Assembly (NCBI GenBank): GCA_964187785.1
Contig: OZ076409.1
Span: 75,456,001-75,520,000, forward strand
Reading direction: 5' to 3'
Source of the DNA: Amphiscolops sp. MND2022
Lineage: Eukaryota
Length of the DNA stretch: 64,000 bases
Below, one piece after another: positions 25,620 to 40,037 of this stretch; within the stretch, counting starts at the first letter, position 1, and every line of letters begins with the position of its first letter. The position numbers and the translations under genes are program-made. The notes beneath the pieces are model-generated. The model did not search any database and was not told the DNA's origin. It saw only the letters and a list, made by a program, of their open reading frames with translations.

Positions 25620-26892
25620 GTGCCGGGATTTCCATTCGATAAGGAATTCTGCGCGTGTGGGTAGGGCCCCTGGCGCGCTCCTGTGTTTTCGGTTTTCCTA
25701 CTCCTAAATAGACCCCCTGAATTCCGGGATCTCCTAAACTATCCATACGATTTGGCTGAAATTTGGCACACGTACCCCCCTCGGCACGGTGAAGATGATT
25801 TCCTACTGACGTTTTTCCCGCTAAACATTTTTTGTTGACCAAAATAACGGTTTTTGGGGTAAAATTTTGAACTTTTTTTAAATTTCATCTTATATCTCGC
25901 CACGGGTACACGCTAGCGCTTCCAAACCTTGCTGACGAAAGTTTGCAAACTGTCTCAGGAATGCTGTGTGAAATTTTCAGCTCAATCGGACTTAAACTCG
26001 AGGAGATATAGCGTTTTCCCGGAGCGGGGGGGTTTCAATTTTCTAACGGTCCAGCTTATCTTTGCCATTTTTTCGAAAATGCACTCGCCTAAAGGCCTCC
26101 CCTGGCCGGTTTTATTCCCAACAAAACCATTTGGCCCTAAATACGGAGTTTCAGCGTTCCAGCATTCCCGGGCGAAAAGTTGTGGGACTTAGAAAAGTTC
26201 AAAAATTTTCAAAAAAAATTTTTTCCGTTATTTGGGCCCTCAAAGTGGGGGAAAAGACCCCCCAACCAGTAAAGCAAGTGAATGCATGTGGAAAGCCCTT
26301 GTTTAGACGAGAAAAATGCCGTCTAGAACGTCTTTTTATCTTAACTTGACATTGACTTTTGTCGTTTTGAAGGTGACCGTTAGATACGGAAAATTGATGT
26401 TTTGAGTATTTATCCCATCTGAAAGCCATTGAGATACAACATGTTTTGCTCAAAACGTGTTTCATTGCAGTTTCGCTGTCCATTATCACCCTTTGGTGTC
26501 TTTTCACGTAATTTTCGTTTCTATAATAACAATTTTTTTGTGTATTTATTCATTTTATTCTCATCAAATAACTTGAAACAGTTGAGTACATTCCATCTCC
26601 CTTCCCGGGGGAGATGAGAATGTACTCGCTAAAGGTCAGGAACTACGGTCTATATCTTCCACAACACAAATGGGATTGCAAATGGTTTCAGTTTGTCGCA
26701 GAAAACTTCTTTTTGCCCTCTGTGACTCGACAAAATGAACGTTTCTTACTTACTTTGAAACTCAGCATACCACAACTCATCTCTAACGTCAGCGCCCCCC
26801 TACTTGCATCAACGCCCACCGTCCGTGGGCATGCCGAGGCATGCCCTTCGACGACGTATACCAAGATATACCTGGAGCGCGGTAGCCGCTAG
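25620..26892 (+). mobile_element. Cassette type A1 variant (1273 bp)
   Basis: Head GTGCCGGGATTTCC, alternative 3' half (AAGGTCAGGAACTAC), ends GGTAGCCGCTAG. Confidence 0.75.
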
Positions 26893-28166
26893 GTGCCGGT
26901 GTTTTTTTACACAATGGGGGAAGTTGCGCGTGTGGGGAGGGTCCCTGACGCGCTCCCGGGATTTCGGATTTTTTAACCTTTACGTACCCATCAAAAATTT
27001 TGGGATCTCGAAAACTAGCCGTACGATTTGGCTGAAATTTGGCACACGTACCCCCCTCGGCACGGTGAAGATGATTCCCTACTGACGTTTTGCTCGCTAA
27101 ACATTTTTTGTTGACCAAAATAACGGTTTTTGGGGTAAAATTTTCAACTTTTTTTAAATTTCATCTTATATCTCGCCACGGGTGCACGCTAGCGCTTCCA
27201 AACCTTGCTGACGAAAGGTCGCAAACTGTCTCAGGAATGCTGTGTGAAATTTTCAGCTCAATCGGACTTAAACTCGAGGAGATATAGCGTTTTTCCGCAG
27301 CGGGGGGGTTTCATTTTTCTAACGGTCCAGCTTATCTTTGCCATTTTTTCAAAAATGCACTCGCCTAAAGGCCTCCCCTGGCCGGTTTTATTCCCAGCAA
27401 AACCATTTGGCCCTAAATACGGAGTTTCAGCGTTCCAGCATTCCCGGGCGAAAAGTTGTGGGACTTAGAATTTTTCAAAAATTTTCAAAAATTTTTTTTT
27501 CCGTTATTTGGGCCCCCAAAGTGGGGGAAAAGACCCCCCAACCAGTAAAGCAAGTGAATGCATGTGGAAAGCCCTTGTTTAGACGAGAAAAATGGCGTTT
27601 AGAACGTTTTTTTATCGTAACTTGACATTGACTTTTGTCGTTTTGAAGGTGACCGTTAGATACGGAAAATTGATGTTTTGAGTGTTTATCCCATCTGAAA
27701 GCCATTGAGATACAACATGTTTTGCTCAAAACGTGTTTCATTGCAGTTTCGCTGTCCATTAACACCCTTTGGTGTCTTTTGACGTAATTTTCTTTTCTAT
27801 AACAACAATTTCTTTGTGTATTTATTCATTTTTTTCTCATCAAATAACTTGAAACAGTTGAGTACATTCCATCTCCCTTCCCGGGGGAGATGAGAATGTA
27901 CTCGCTAAAGGTCAGGAACTACGGTCTATATCTTCCACAACACAAAAGAGATTGCAAATTGTTTCAGTTTGTTGCAGAAAACTTCTTTTTGCACTCTGTG
28001 ACTCGACAAAGTGAACGTTTCTTACTTACTTTGAATCTCACCATACCACAACTCATCTCTAACGTCAACGCCCCCCACACACATCAACGCCCCCCGTCCG
28101 TGGGCATGCCGAGGCATGCCCTTCGACGACGTATAGCAAAATATATTCGAACGCGGTAGCGGCTAG
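26893..28166 (+). mobile_element. Cassette type A1 variant (1274 bp)
   Basis: Head GTGCCGGTGT, alternative 3' half, ends GGTAGCGGCTAG. Confidence 0.75.
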
Positions 28167-29455
28167 GTGCCGGTGTCTTTTTACACAATGGGGGAAGTTG
28201 CGCGGTTGGGGAGGGTCCCTGACGCGCTTCCGTGAGATCAGGTTTTTCAACTAGTGAAATCGACAAAGAAAATTGAGATCTCGTAAACTAGCCATACGAT
28301 TTGGCTGAAATTTGGCACACGTACCCCCCTCGGCACGGTGAAGATGATTTCCTACTGACGTTTTTCCCGCTAAACATTTTTTGTTGACCAAAATAACGGT
28401 TTTTGGGGTAAAATTTTCAACTTTTTTTAAATTTCATCTCATATCTCGCCACGGATGCACGCTAGCGCTTCCAAACCTTGCTGATGAAAGTTTGCAAACT
28501 GTCTCAGGAATGCTGTGTGAAAATTTCAGCTCAATCGGACTTAAACTCGAGGAGATATAGCGTTTTTCCGGAGCGGGGGGGTTTCATTTTTCTAACGGTC
28601 CAGCTTATCTTTGCCATTTTTTCGAAAATGCACTCGCCTAAAGGCCTCCCCTGGCCGGTTTTATTCCCAGCAAAACCATTTGGCCCTAAATACGGAGTTT
28701 CAGCGTTCCAGCATTCTCGGGCGAAAAGTTGTGGGACTTAGAAAATTTCAAAAATTTTCAAAAAAATTTTTTTCCGTTATTTGGGCCCCCAAAGTGGGGG
28801 AAAAGACCCCCCAACCAGTAAATCAAGTGAATGCATGTGGAAAGGCCATGTTTAGAGGAGAAAAATGCCGTTTAGAACGTCTTTTTATCTTGGCTCAACG
28901 TTGACTTATGACGTTTTGAAGGTGATGTTTGGAGGTGTAAAGCAAGTGAATAGTAAACGTTATGAGTATTTATCTGATCTGAAAGCCATTGAGATGCAAT
29001 ATGATTGCTCAAAACGTAATTCATTGCAGTTTGGCAATCAATCAACACCCTTTGTTGTCGTTTGACATACTTTTTTGTTGTTAAAATAAAAAATTTTGTG
29101 TATTTATTCATTTTTTTCTCATCAAATAACTTGGAACAGTTGAGTACATTCCATCCCCCCCTTCCGGGGGAGATGAGAATGTACTCGCAAAAAGCACCGA
29201 ACTACGACCCTTACCTTCCCGAGCTACGCAGTATAAGGATTACATATTGGTTCCGACATTTTCATAGAGTTATATCTTGGTAATCTGTCTGGATATGCCG
29301 AAAAATCAGCACGTGCCTTTTAATACCAAGTTGCTTACAACGACAATTATTTTATATCAACGCCCCCATATTTATCAACGCCCCCCGTCCGTGGGCATGC
29401 CGAGGCATGCCCTTCGACGACGTATACCAAGATATGCGTTAACGCGTTAGCCTAG
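28167..29455 (+). mobile_element. Cassette type A1 variant (1289 bp)
   Basis: Head GTGCCGGTGT with the standard A1 3' half, ends GTTAGCCTAG. Confidence 0.75.
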
Positions 29456-30727
29456 GTGCCGGGATTACTATTCGTTCGAGTATGTGGCGCGTGTGGGTAG
29501 GGCCCCTGGCGCGCTCTTTTATTTCGGGTACACCTACTCCAAATTCACGATGTGATTTCGACGATCTCGTAAACTAGCCACACGATTTGGCTGAAATTTG
29601 GCACACGTACCCCCCTCGGCACGGTGAAGATGATTCCCTACTGACGTTTTTCCCGCTAAACATTTTTTGTTGACCAAAATAACGGTTTTTGGGGTAAAAT
29701 TTTCAACTTTTTTTAAATTTTATCTTATATCTCGCCACGGGTACACGCTAGCGCTTCCAAACTTTGCTGACGAAAGTTTGCAAACTGTCTCAGGAATGCT
29801 GTGTGAAATTTTCAGCTCAATCGGACTTCAACTCGAGGAGATATAGCGTTTTTCCGGAGCGGGGGGGTTTCATTTTTCTAACGGTCCAGCTTATCTTTGC
29901 CATTTTTTCAAAAATGCACTCGCCTAAAGGCCTCCCCTGGCCGGTTTTATTCCCAGCAAAACCATTTGGCCCTAAATACGGAGTTTCAGCGTTCCAGCAT
30001 TCCTGGGCGAAAAGTTGTGGGACTTAGAAAAGTTCAAAAATTTTCAAAAAAATTTTTTTCCGTTATTTGGGCCCTCAAAGTGGGGGAAAAGACCCCCCAA
30101 CCAGTAAAGCAAGTGAATGCATGTGGAAAGCCCTTGTTTAGACGAGAAAAATGCCGTTTAGAACGTCTTTTTATCTTAACTTGACATTGACTTTTGTCGC
30201 TTTGAAGGTGACCGTTAGATACGGAAAATTGATGTTTTGAGTATTTATCCCATCTGAAAGCCATTGAGATACAACATGTTTTGCTCAAAACGTGTTTCAT
30301 TGCAGTTTCGCTGTCCATTATCACCCTTTGGTGTCTTTTCACGTAATTTTCGTTTCTATAATAACAATTTTTTTGTGTATTTATTCATTTTTTTCTCATC
30401 AAATAACTTGAAACAGTTGAGTACATTCCATCTCCCTTCCCGGGGGAGATGAGAATGTACTCGCTAAAGGTCAGGAACTACGGACTATATCTTCCACAAC
30501 ACAAAAGGGATTGCAAATGGTTTCAGTTTGTCGCAGAAAACTTCTTTTTGCCCTCTGTGACTCGACAAAATGAACGTTTCTTACTTACTTTGAAACTCAG
30601 CATACCACAACTCATCTCTAACGTCAGCGCCCCCCTACTTGCATCAACGCCCACCGTCCGTGGGCATGCCGAGGCATGCCCTTCGACGACGTATACCAAG
30701 ATATACCTGGAGCGCGGTAGCCGCTAG
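29456..30727 (+). mobile_element. Cassette type A1 variant (1272 bp)
   Basis: Head like the unit at 9301, 3' half like the unit at 25620. Confidence 0.75.
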
Positions 30728-32013
30728 GTGCCGGGATTTCTATTCGATAAGGAATTCTGCGCGTGTGGGTAGGGCCCCTGGCGCGCTCCTGTGTTTTCGG
30801 TTTTCCTACTCCAAATTCACACCCCAGTTATCTCCGATCTCGTAAACTATCCATACGATTTGGCTGAAATTTGGCACACGTACCCCCCTCGGCACGGTGA
30901 AGATGATTTCCTACTGACGTTTTTCCCGCTAAACATTTTTTGTTGACCAAAATAACGGTTTTTGGGGTAAAATTTTCAACTTTTTTTAAATTTTATCTTA
31001 TATCTCGCCACGGGTACACGCTAGCGCTTCCAAACCTTGCTGACGAAAGTTTGCAAACTGTCTCAGGAATGCTGTGTGAAATTTTCAGCTCAATCGGACT
31101 TAAACTCGAGGAGATATAGCGTTTTTCCGGAGCGGGGGGGTTTCATTTTTCTAACGGTCCAGCTTATCTTTGCCATTTTTTCGAAAATGCACTCGCCTAA
31201 AGGCCTCCCCTGGCCGGTTTTATTCCCAGCAAAACCATTTGGCCCTAAATACGGAGTTTCAGCGTTCCAGCATTCCCGGGCGAAAAGTTGTGGGACTTAG
31301 AAAATTTCAAAAATTTTCAAAAATTTTTTTTCCGTTATTTGGGCCCCCAAAGTGGGGGAAAAGACCCCCCAACCAGTAAAGCAAGTGAATGCATGTGCAA
31401 AGCCCTTGTTTAGAGGAGAAAAATGCCGTTTAGAACGTCTTTTTATCTTGGCTCAACGTTGACTTATGACGTTTTGAAGGTGATGTTTGGAGGTGTAAAT
31501 CACGTGAATAGTAAACGTTATGAGTATTTATCTGATCTGAAAGCCATTGAGATGCAATATGGTTTGCTCAAAACGTAATTCATGGCAGTTTGGCAATCAA
31601 TCAACACCCTTTGTTGTCGTTTGACATACTTTTTTGTTGTTATAATAAAAATTTTGTGTATTTGTTCATTTTTTTCTCATCAAATAACTTGAAACAGTTG
31701 AGTACATTCCATCCCCCCTTCCGGGGGAGATGAGAATGTACTCGCAAAAAGCAGCGAATTACGGCCCTTACCTTCCCGAGCTACGCAGTATAAGGATTAC
31801 ATATTGGTTCCGACATTTTCATAGAGTTAAATCTTGGTAATCTGTCTGGATATGCAGAAAAATCAGCACGTGCCTTTTAATACCAAGTTGCTCACAACGA
31901 CAATTATTTTATATCAACGCCCCCATATTTATCAACGCCCCCCGTCCGTGGGCATGCCGAGGCATGCCCTTCGACGACGTATACCAAGATATACATCGAG
32001 CGCGTTAGCCTAG
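30728..32013 (+). mobile_element. Cassette type A1 (1286 bp)
   Basis: Starts GTGCCGGGATT, ends GTTAGCCTAG. Confidence 0.75.
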
Positions 32014-33300
32014 GTGCCGGGATTTCCATTCGATAAGGAATTCTGCGCGTGTGGGTAGGGCCCCTGGCGCGCTCCTGTGTTTTCGGTTTTCCTACTCCTA
32101 AATAGACCCCCTGAATTCCGGGATCTCGTAAACTAGCCATACGATTTGGCTGAAATTTGGCACACGTACCCCCCTCGGCACGGTGAAGATGATTTCCTAC
32201 TGACGTTTTTCCCGCTAAACATTTTTTGTTGACCAAAATAACGGTTTTTGGGGTAAAATTTTGAACTTTTTTAAAATTTTATCTTATATCTCGCCACGGG
32301 TACACGCTAGCGCTTCCAAACCTTGCTGACGAAAGTTTGCAAACTGTCGCAGGAATGCTGTGTGAAATTCTCAGCTCAATCGGACTTAAACTCGAGGAGA
32401 TATAGCGTTTTTCCGGAGCGGGGGGGTTTCATTTTTCTAACGGTCCAGCTTATCTTAGCCATTTTTTCGAAAATGTACTCGCCTAAAGGCCTCCCCTGGC
32501 CGGTTTTATTCCCAGCAAAACCATTTGGCCCTAAATACGGAGTTTCAGCGTTCCAGCATTCTCGGGCGAAAAGTTGTGGGACTTAGAAAATTTCAAAAAT
32601 TTTCAAAATTTTTTTTTCCGTGATTTGGGCCCCCAAAGTGGGGGAAAAGACCCCCCAACCATTAAAGCAAGTGAATGCATGTGCAAAGCCCTTGTTTGGA
32701 CGAGAAAAATGCCGTTTAGAACGTCTTTTTATCTTGGCTCAACGTTGACTTATGACGTTTTGAAGGTGATGTTTGGAGGTGTAAAGCACGTGAATAGTAA
32801 ACGTTATGAGTATTTATCTGATCTGAAAGCCATTCATATGCAATATGGTTTGCTCAAAACGTAATTCATGGCAGTTTGACAATCAATCAACACCCTTTGT
32901 TGTCGTTTGACATACTTTTTTGTTGTTATAATAAAAAATTTTGTGTATTTATTCATTTTTTTCTCATCAAATAACTTGAAACAGTTGAGTACATTCCATC
33001 CCCCCCTTCCGGGGGAGATGAGAATGTACTCGCAAAAAGCACCGAACTACGGCCCTTACCTTCCCGAGCTACGCAGTATAAGGATTACATATTGGTTCCG
33101 ACATTTTCATAGAGTTAAATCTTGGTAATCTGTCTGGATATGCAGAAAAATCAGCACGTGCCTTTTAATACCAAGTTGCTTACAACGACAATTGTTTTAT
33201 ATCAACGCCCCCAAATTTATCAACGCCCCCCGTCCGTGGGCATGCCGAGGCATGCCCTTCGACGACGTATACCAAGATATGCGTTAACGCGTTAGCCTAG
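32014..33300 (+). mobile_element. Cassette type A1 (1287 bp)
   Basis: Head like the unit at 25620 with the standard A1 3' half. Confidence 0.75.
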
Positions 33301-34588
33301 GTGGCCGGAAATTTTTTTTTTCATCAAAATCTTTGCCATTGGGGGAGGGGCCCCGGATGGCCAGTAGTACGGGATAGCTTCCTACCAAATCCAGATGGAA
33401 AAAACGTGATTTTGGAAACTAGCCGTCAGAATTTGCTCAAATTTTGCATACGGCTTCCTATGACAATCCTAAGAACTAATCCCTACTGGCATTTTGCCCA
33501 AAAAACGCAAAAAGTTGGTCAAAATCTTAGTTTTTTGGTCAAAAAATGGCGTTTTTTCGAAAAAAAAATTTTTCAGAGACAATTACTCGTAACTGGTTCA
33601 CCCAGCGCAAAAACACCTAGCTGATTTATTGTTGGGCACTTCATGAGGAGTGCGTATACAAATTTTCGTCCAGATCGGAAAAAAAATGACTAAGTATTAG
33701 CCGGAATTCGGACGCATTTTTTCGCAAATTTTTGAAAACCTAGTCTATCTCTGCCGTTTTTTGCCCAGATTTTTTTCCAGGTCCTCTCCTAAAGGCCTCC
33801 CCTGGCCGGTTTACTTCCCAGAAAAACCAATTGGCCCTAAATACGGAGTTTCAGCATTCTAGCATTCCCGGGCGAAAAGATGTGGGACTTAGAAAAAATT
33901 CAAAATTTTTCAAAAAATTTTTTTTTCGTTTTCCGGCCCCCCAATGAAGGGGAACGACCCCCCAACGAGGATTTTTGGTGAATTCACGTGGAAAGGCCTT
34001 GTTTTGTGGAGCAAATTGCCGTTTAGAGCAACTTTTTATCTTAACTTGACGTTGACCTCTGTCGTTTTGAATTTGATATTAGTATGTGTTGAGCATGTGA
34101 AAAGTTGATGATTTCAGTTGTTCTCTCGTGTTCAAGCCATTGAGATACAAGCGGTAGTGATCAAAATGTGATTTATCGCAATTTGATGGTGCTTTTGGTG
34201 TATTTTGATTCTTTTAAATAAAAAGTTGTTCTTTATATATTTGGTGTATTGATTCAAATGAACAAGAAACAGTTGAGTACATTTCATCTCCCCCCTTGTG
34301 GGGGAGATGAGGATGTACCCGCTAAATGACACGCACAATGGCCTAATTTTACTTTTATGCGACATTTTCTAGGCTTTTGCGCAAGCCCACTAAAATTTAG
34401 ACTGGTTTCCTTTTCTTTTACTCCAAAATTTTCCGTACTAACCACCTTACGCACCACCAGCTCAACGTAACATCTGTAACGTCAACGCCACACACTCTCA
34501 CTAACGCCCACCGTCCGTGGGCATGCCGAGGCATGCCCTTCGACGACGTATGCCAAATAGCGCCACAGGGCGCAAACATTCCCGCTAG
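33301..34588 (+). mobile_element. Cassette type A3 (1288 bp)
   Basis: Starts GTGGCCGGAAATTT, GAGTACATT palindrome, tail GCGCCACAGGGCGC...CTAG. Confidence 0.75.
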
Positions 34589-35976
34589 GTGGTTGGGGCG
34601 GTCCCCAGAACGCACAAGGAGGCGCGGGGAGGGTCCTGCGCCGACGTAGAATAATTTCATATAATACTAGTATCCTACATGGGTGTTTTAGAAGCGATTT
34701 TGGAATCTAACCGTAGGATTTGGATAATTTTTTGCATGCGGCCATAACTCGAAATTCTAAGAACTTTTTCCTACTGTCATTTTCCCCGCAAATTGTTTTT
34801 TGTTGACTTATGGCCGAAAAACCGGAAATAACGTCCTTTTTAGACGTTATATCCGAAGTGTCGTCATAACTTTTTTCCAGGGCATGCTAGCCTTCTCGTT
34901 CACTTTTACACTTAGTTGCAGCATCTCAAAATACAACTGGTGGAAAATTTTGATTGCATTCGGATCACCCCCCACCGAGATAGAAGGGTTCCCCCCTCCA
35001 GTTTTACCCCCCAAATTTGCGAAAAAGCCAATTTTGAGCATGAAGCCGAGGATTTAGCGTACCCGAACCCTCCTGATGTTTTGTTGTACGTATTGGGGTC
35101 AATCGGACGACATGTGTGGTTTTCACCCCCAACCCCCCCTGGGACCGGAAATGACATTTTTTTGTGTTTTTTGGCAGAAATTAGCCTTTTTCATTATTTG
35201 GCAGTCGTTTTAGGGACTCCTAGCAGGATATCGAAATTGAAATACAACCTGATCACAACCCAGTGACAACATGTTGGCCACTTGGAGGTACCATCATGAC
35301 CGGAAGTGGGGTCAACCCCCCTTTTTGTGACCGCTTTTTGACCTTGTGAACCAAAATGCCAACAACTTGGGGCCTAATGACGCATTCAAATCTGTACAAA
35401 GATAGAATGTTAGACAACCAAAGTCCCGGAAGATCTTTAGCATATACCGGAAGTTACCCCCCAAGACCGGAAGTTACCCATTGTGACCGGAAATGGTCCA
35501 AAAATTAATGTAAAATTGAATTTTTCACTATTTCAAGACCACTTCATTGAACATTTTCATTCCCAAAACTAGCGTACTGGCTTGTTTTGCTGAATTTATG
35601 GAAATTGATGAGCTCTATCACCCCCGATAGCCTTCGAAGTTGACCTTGCGTCAACTTTGGAGGCTATCGATACTGAAAATGAACAACAAAGTACATTGTT
35701 GCTCTCGGTTTTTTCCCGTTGTTTTTCCTCAAACATTCTTGAGACATATACATGGCAGTTAGTTAAAATCAATATTTAGCCCATGTTATAGCTGGAGCAG
35801 CGAAACGTTACACAGACTAGTGTGGTTTTGAAATTACATTATTTAAATTAACAACTTACCGTCTTAGTCAACTCCACACATTCATACCAACGCCCACCGT
35901 CTGTGGGCATGCCGAGGCATGCCCTTCGACGACGTATGACGAATCCACTCCAACGACACCCGCAGTCCTCAGCTAG
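34589..35976 (+). mobile_element. Cassette type D (1388 bp)
   Basis: Starts GTGGTTGGGGCG, GATAGCC palindrome 35626-35668, ends GTCCTCAGCTAG. Confidence 0.75.
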
Positions 35977-37366
35977 GTGGTCGGGGCGGTCCCCAGAACG
36001 CACATGGAGGCGCGGGGAGGGTCCTGCGCCGACGTAGAATAATTTCATAAAATACTATTATCCTACATGGGTGTTTTGGAAGCGATTTTGGAACCTACCC
36101 GTCAGATTTGGATAATTTTTTGCATGCAGCCATAACTCGAAATTCTAAGAACTTTTTCTTTCTGTCATTTTCCCCGCAAATTGTTTTTTGTTGACTTATG
36201 GCCGAAAAACCGGAAATAACGTCCTTTTTAGACGTTATATCCGAAGTGTCGTCATAACTTTTTTCCAGGGCATGCTAGCGTTCTCCTTCACTTTTACACT
36301 TTGTTTTAGCATCTCAAAATACAACTGGTGGAAAATTTTGGTTGCATTCGGATCACCCCCCACCGAGATAGAAGGGTTCCCCTATCCAGTTTTACCCCCC
36401 AAAATTGAGAAAATACCAATTTTGAGCATGAAGCCGTGGATTTAGCGAATCCTCACCCCCCTGATGTTTTGTCGGACATGTTAGGGTCAATCTGGTGACA
36501 TGTGTGGTTTTCACCCCCAACCCCCCCTGGGACCGGAAATGACACTTTTTTGTGTTTTTTGACAAAAATGAGCCTTTTCGATTAGTAGGGAGTCGTTTTT
36601 GGGCCTCCTAGCAGGATATCGAAGTTGAAATACAACTTGATCACAACCCAGTGACAACATGTTGGCCAGTTGCAGGTACCATCATGACCGGAAGTGGGGT
36701 CAAACCCCCCTTTTTGTGACCGCTTTTTGAACTTGTGCACCAAAATGCCAACAACTTGAGGCCTAATGACGCATTCAAATCTGTACAAAGATAGAACGTT
36801 AGACAACGGAAGTCCCGCAAGCTCTTTAGCATATACCGGACGTCACCCCCCATGACCGGAAGTTGTCCAATATGACCGGAAATGGTCCAAAAATTCATGT
36901 AAAATTAACTTTTTCACTTATCGAAGACCACTTCGTTGAACATTTTCAATCCCAAAACTAGCGTACTAGCTGGTGGCGTTGAATTTATGGAAATTGAGGA
37001 GCTTTATCACCCCCGATAGCCTTCGAAGTTGACCTTGCGTCAACTTTGAAGGCTATCGATTCTGAAAATGAACAACAAAGTACTTTGTTGCTCTCGTTTT
37101 TTTTCCGTTTTTTTCCTCAAATATTGTTGAGACATACACATGGCCGTTAGTTAAAATCAATATTTTAGCCCATGTTATAGCGTGAGTAGCGAAGCGTTAC
37201 ACAGGCTGGTGTGGTTTTGAACTGTAATTATTTTAAAATAAAAAAAGACCCTCTTAGTCAACTCCACACATTCATCCCAACGCCCACCGTCTGTGGGCAT
37301 GCCGAGGCATGCCCTTCGACGACGTATGACGAATCCATTCCAACGACACCCGCAGTCCTCAGCTAG
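35977..37366 (+). mobile_element. Cassette type D (1390 bp)
   Basis: Starts GTGGTCGGGGCG, ends GTCCTCAGCTAG. Confidence 0.75.
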
Positions 37367-38649
37367 GTGGCCGGAAATTTTTTTTTTCAGCAAAATCTTT
37401 GCCATTGGGGGAGGGGCCCCGGATGGCCAGTAGTACGGCATAGCTCCCTACGGAATCCAGGCGGAAAAAACGTGATTTTGGAAACTAGCCGTCAGAATTT
37501 GCTCAAATTTTGCATACGGCTTCCTATAACAATCCTAAGAACTAATCCCTACTGGCATTTTGCCCAAAAAACGCAAAAAGTTGGTCAAAATCTTAGTTTT
37601 TTGGTCAAAAAATGGCGTTTTTTCGAAAAAAATTTTTTTCAGAGACAATTACTCGTAACTGGTTCACCCAGCGCAAAAACGCCTAGCTGATTTATTGTTG
37701 GGCACTTCATGAGGAGTGCGTATACAAACTTTCGTCCAAATCGGATGAAAGTTGATTGAGAAATAACAGAAAATTTGAGGCATTTTTTTGGAAATTTTTG
37801 AAATCCCAGTCTATCTCTGCCGTTTTTTGCCCAGATTTTTTTCCAGACACTCTCCTAAAGACCTCCCCTGGCCGGTTTACCTCCCAGCAAAACCATTTGG
37901 CCCTAAATACGGAGTTTCAGCGTTCTAGCATTCCCGGGCGAAAAGTTGTGGGACTTAGAAAAAATTTTTGGAAACGCAAAATGTGTAAAGTCAACTTCAG
38001 GCCTCCCAAAGTCAAGAAACTTCCACACAACTAGTATTGCAAGTGAATGCATGTAGAAAGTACTCGAATAGACAAGGAAAATGGGCTATAGAACGACTCT
38101 GTAGCTTAACTTGACGTTGACTTATGACATTTTGAGTGTGAGCGTCCTATAGGATTTTAATGTCAAAAATGAGATTTTGTAAGTCATGAGTCATCAAAAA
38201 CTCATCGGAATACGTTCAATCATCCCCATAGCTGTTCAATCACCGTTGCTTAGTAGAGCAACGCCATTATATGTCTTTGGACCCATTTTAAAAATTTTCC
38301 TTACCGTCTTATTCGTCCGATATCACGAAACAGTTGAGTACATTCCATCTTCCCCCTTGTGGGGGAGATGAGAATGTACTCGCCAAAGACCTGATACAAT
38401 GACCCATATTGGTTTTTATTTGACTTTTCTCACAATATTGCACACGGATAGCTGTGTTTGGTAAAAGTTTTCCTTTGCACCATGTCTCCAGAAGCAAAAC
38501 CACTTCTTTAGCTTACTACTTCTACTCAAACATCACTAACGTCAACGCCACATACTGGCATCAACGCCCACCGTCTGTGGGCATGCCGAGGCATGCCCTT
38601 CGACGACGTATGCCAAATAGCGCCGCAGGGCGCCCCCAATTTCCGCTAG
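37367..38649 (+). mobile_element. Cassette type A3 variant (1283 bp)
   Basis: A3 head, distinct 3' half; near-identical to 59632-60914. Confidence 0.75.
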
Positions 38650-40037
38650 GTGGTCGGGGCGGTCCCCAGAACGCACATGGAGGCGCGGGGAGGGTCCTGC
38701 GCCGACGTAGAATAATTTCATAAAATACTATTATCCTACATGGGTGTTTTTGAAGCGATTTTGGAACCTACCCGTCAGATTTCGATAATTTTTTGCATGC
38801 GGCCAAAACTCAAAATTCTAAGAACTTTTTCCTTCTGTCATTTTCCCCGCAAATTGTTTTTTGTTGACTTATGGCCGAAAAACCGGAAATAACGTTCTTT
38901 TTAGACGTTATATCCGAAGTGTCGTCATAACTTTTTTCCAGGGCATGCTAGCGTTCTTGTTCACTTTTACACTTAGTTGCAGCATCTCAAAATACAACTG
39001 GTGGAAAATTTTGGTTGCATTCGGATCACCCCCCACCGAGATAGAAGGGTTCACCCCTCCAGTTTTACCCCCCAAATTTGCGAAAAAGCCAATTTCGAGC
39101 ATGAAGCCGAGGATTTAGCGTACCCGCACCCTTCTGATGTTTTGTCGTACAAATTGGGGTCAATCGGATGACATGTGTGATTTTCACCCCCAACCCCCCT
39201 GGGACCGGAAATGACGTTTTTTTGTGTTTTTTGGCAGAAATAGCCTTTTTCATTATAAGGCAGTCGTTTTAGGGACTCCTAGTAGGATATCGAAATTGAA
39301 ATACAACCTGATCACAACCCAGTGACAACATGTTGGCCATTTGGAGGTACCATCAAGACCGGAAGTGGGGTCAACCCCCCTTTTTGTGACCGCTTTTTGA
39401 CCTTGTGCACCAAAATGCCAACAACTTGAGGCCTAATGACGCATTCAAATCTGTACAAAGATTGAATGTTAGACAACCAAAGTCCCGGAAGATCTTTAGC
39501 ATATACCGGAAGTTACCCCCCATGACCGGAAGGTACCCAATGTGACCGGAAATGGTCCAAAAAGTAATGTAAAGTTGAATTTTTAACTATTTCCAGACCA
39601 CTTCATTGAACATTTTCAATCCCAAAACTAGCGTACTGGCTTGTTTTGCTGAAGTTATGGAAATTGATGAGCTCTATCACCCCCGATAGCCTTCGAAGTT
39701 GACCTTGCGTCAACTTTGGAGGCTATCGATTCTGAAAATTAACAACAGAGTTCATTGTTGCTCTCGTTTTTTTTCCGTTGTTTTTCCTCAAACATTCTTG
39801 AGACATATACATGGCAGTTAGTTAAAATCAATTTTTTAGCCCATGTTATAGCGGGAGTAGCAAAGCGTTACACGGGCTAGTGTGGTTTTGAACTTACATT
39901 CTTTTAAAATAAAAAAAGACCGTCTTAGTCAACGCCACACTTTCATAGCAACGCCCACCGTCTGTGGGCATGCCGAGGCATGCCCTTCGACGACGTATGA
40001 CGAATCCACTTCCACGACGCCCGCAGTCCTCAGCTAG
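38650..40037 (+). mobile_element. Cassette type D (1388 bp)
   Basis: Starts GTGGTCGGGGCG, ends GTCCTCAGCTAG. Confidence 0.75.
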
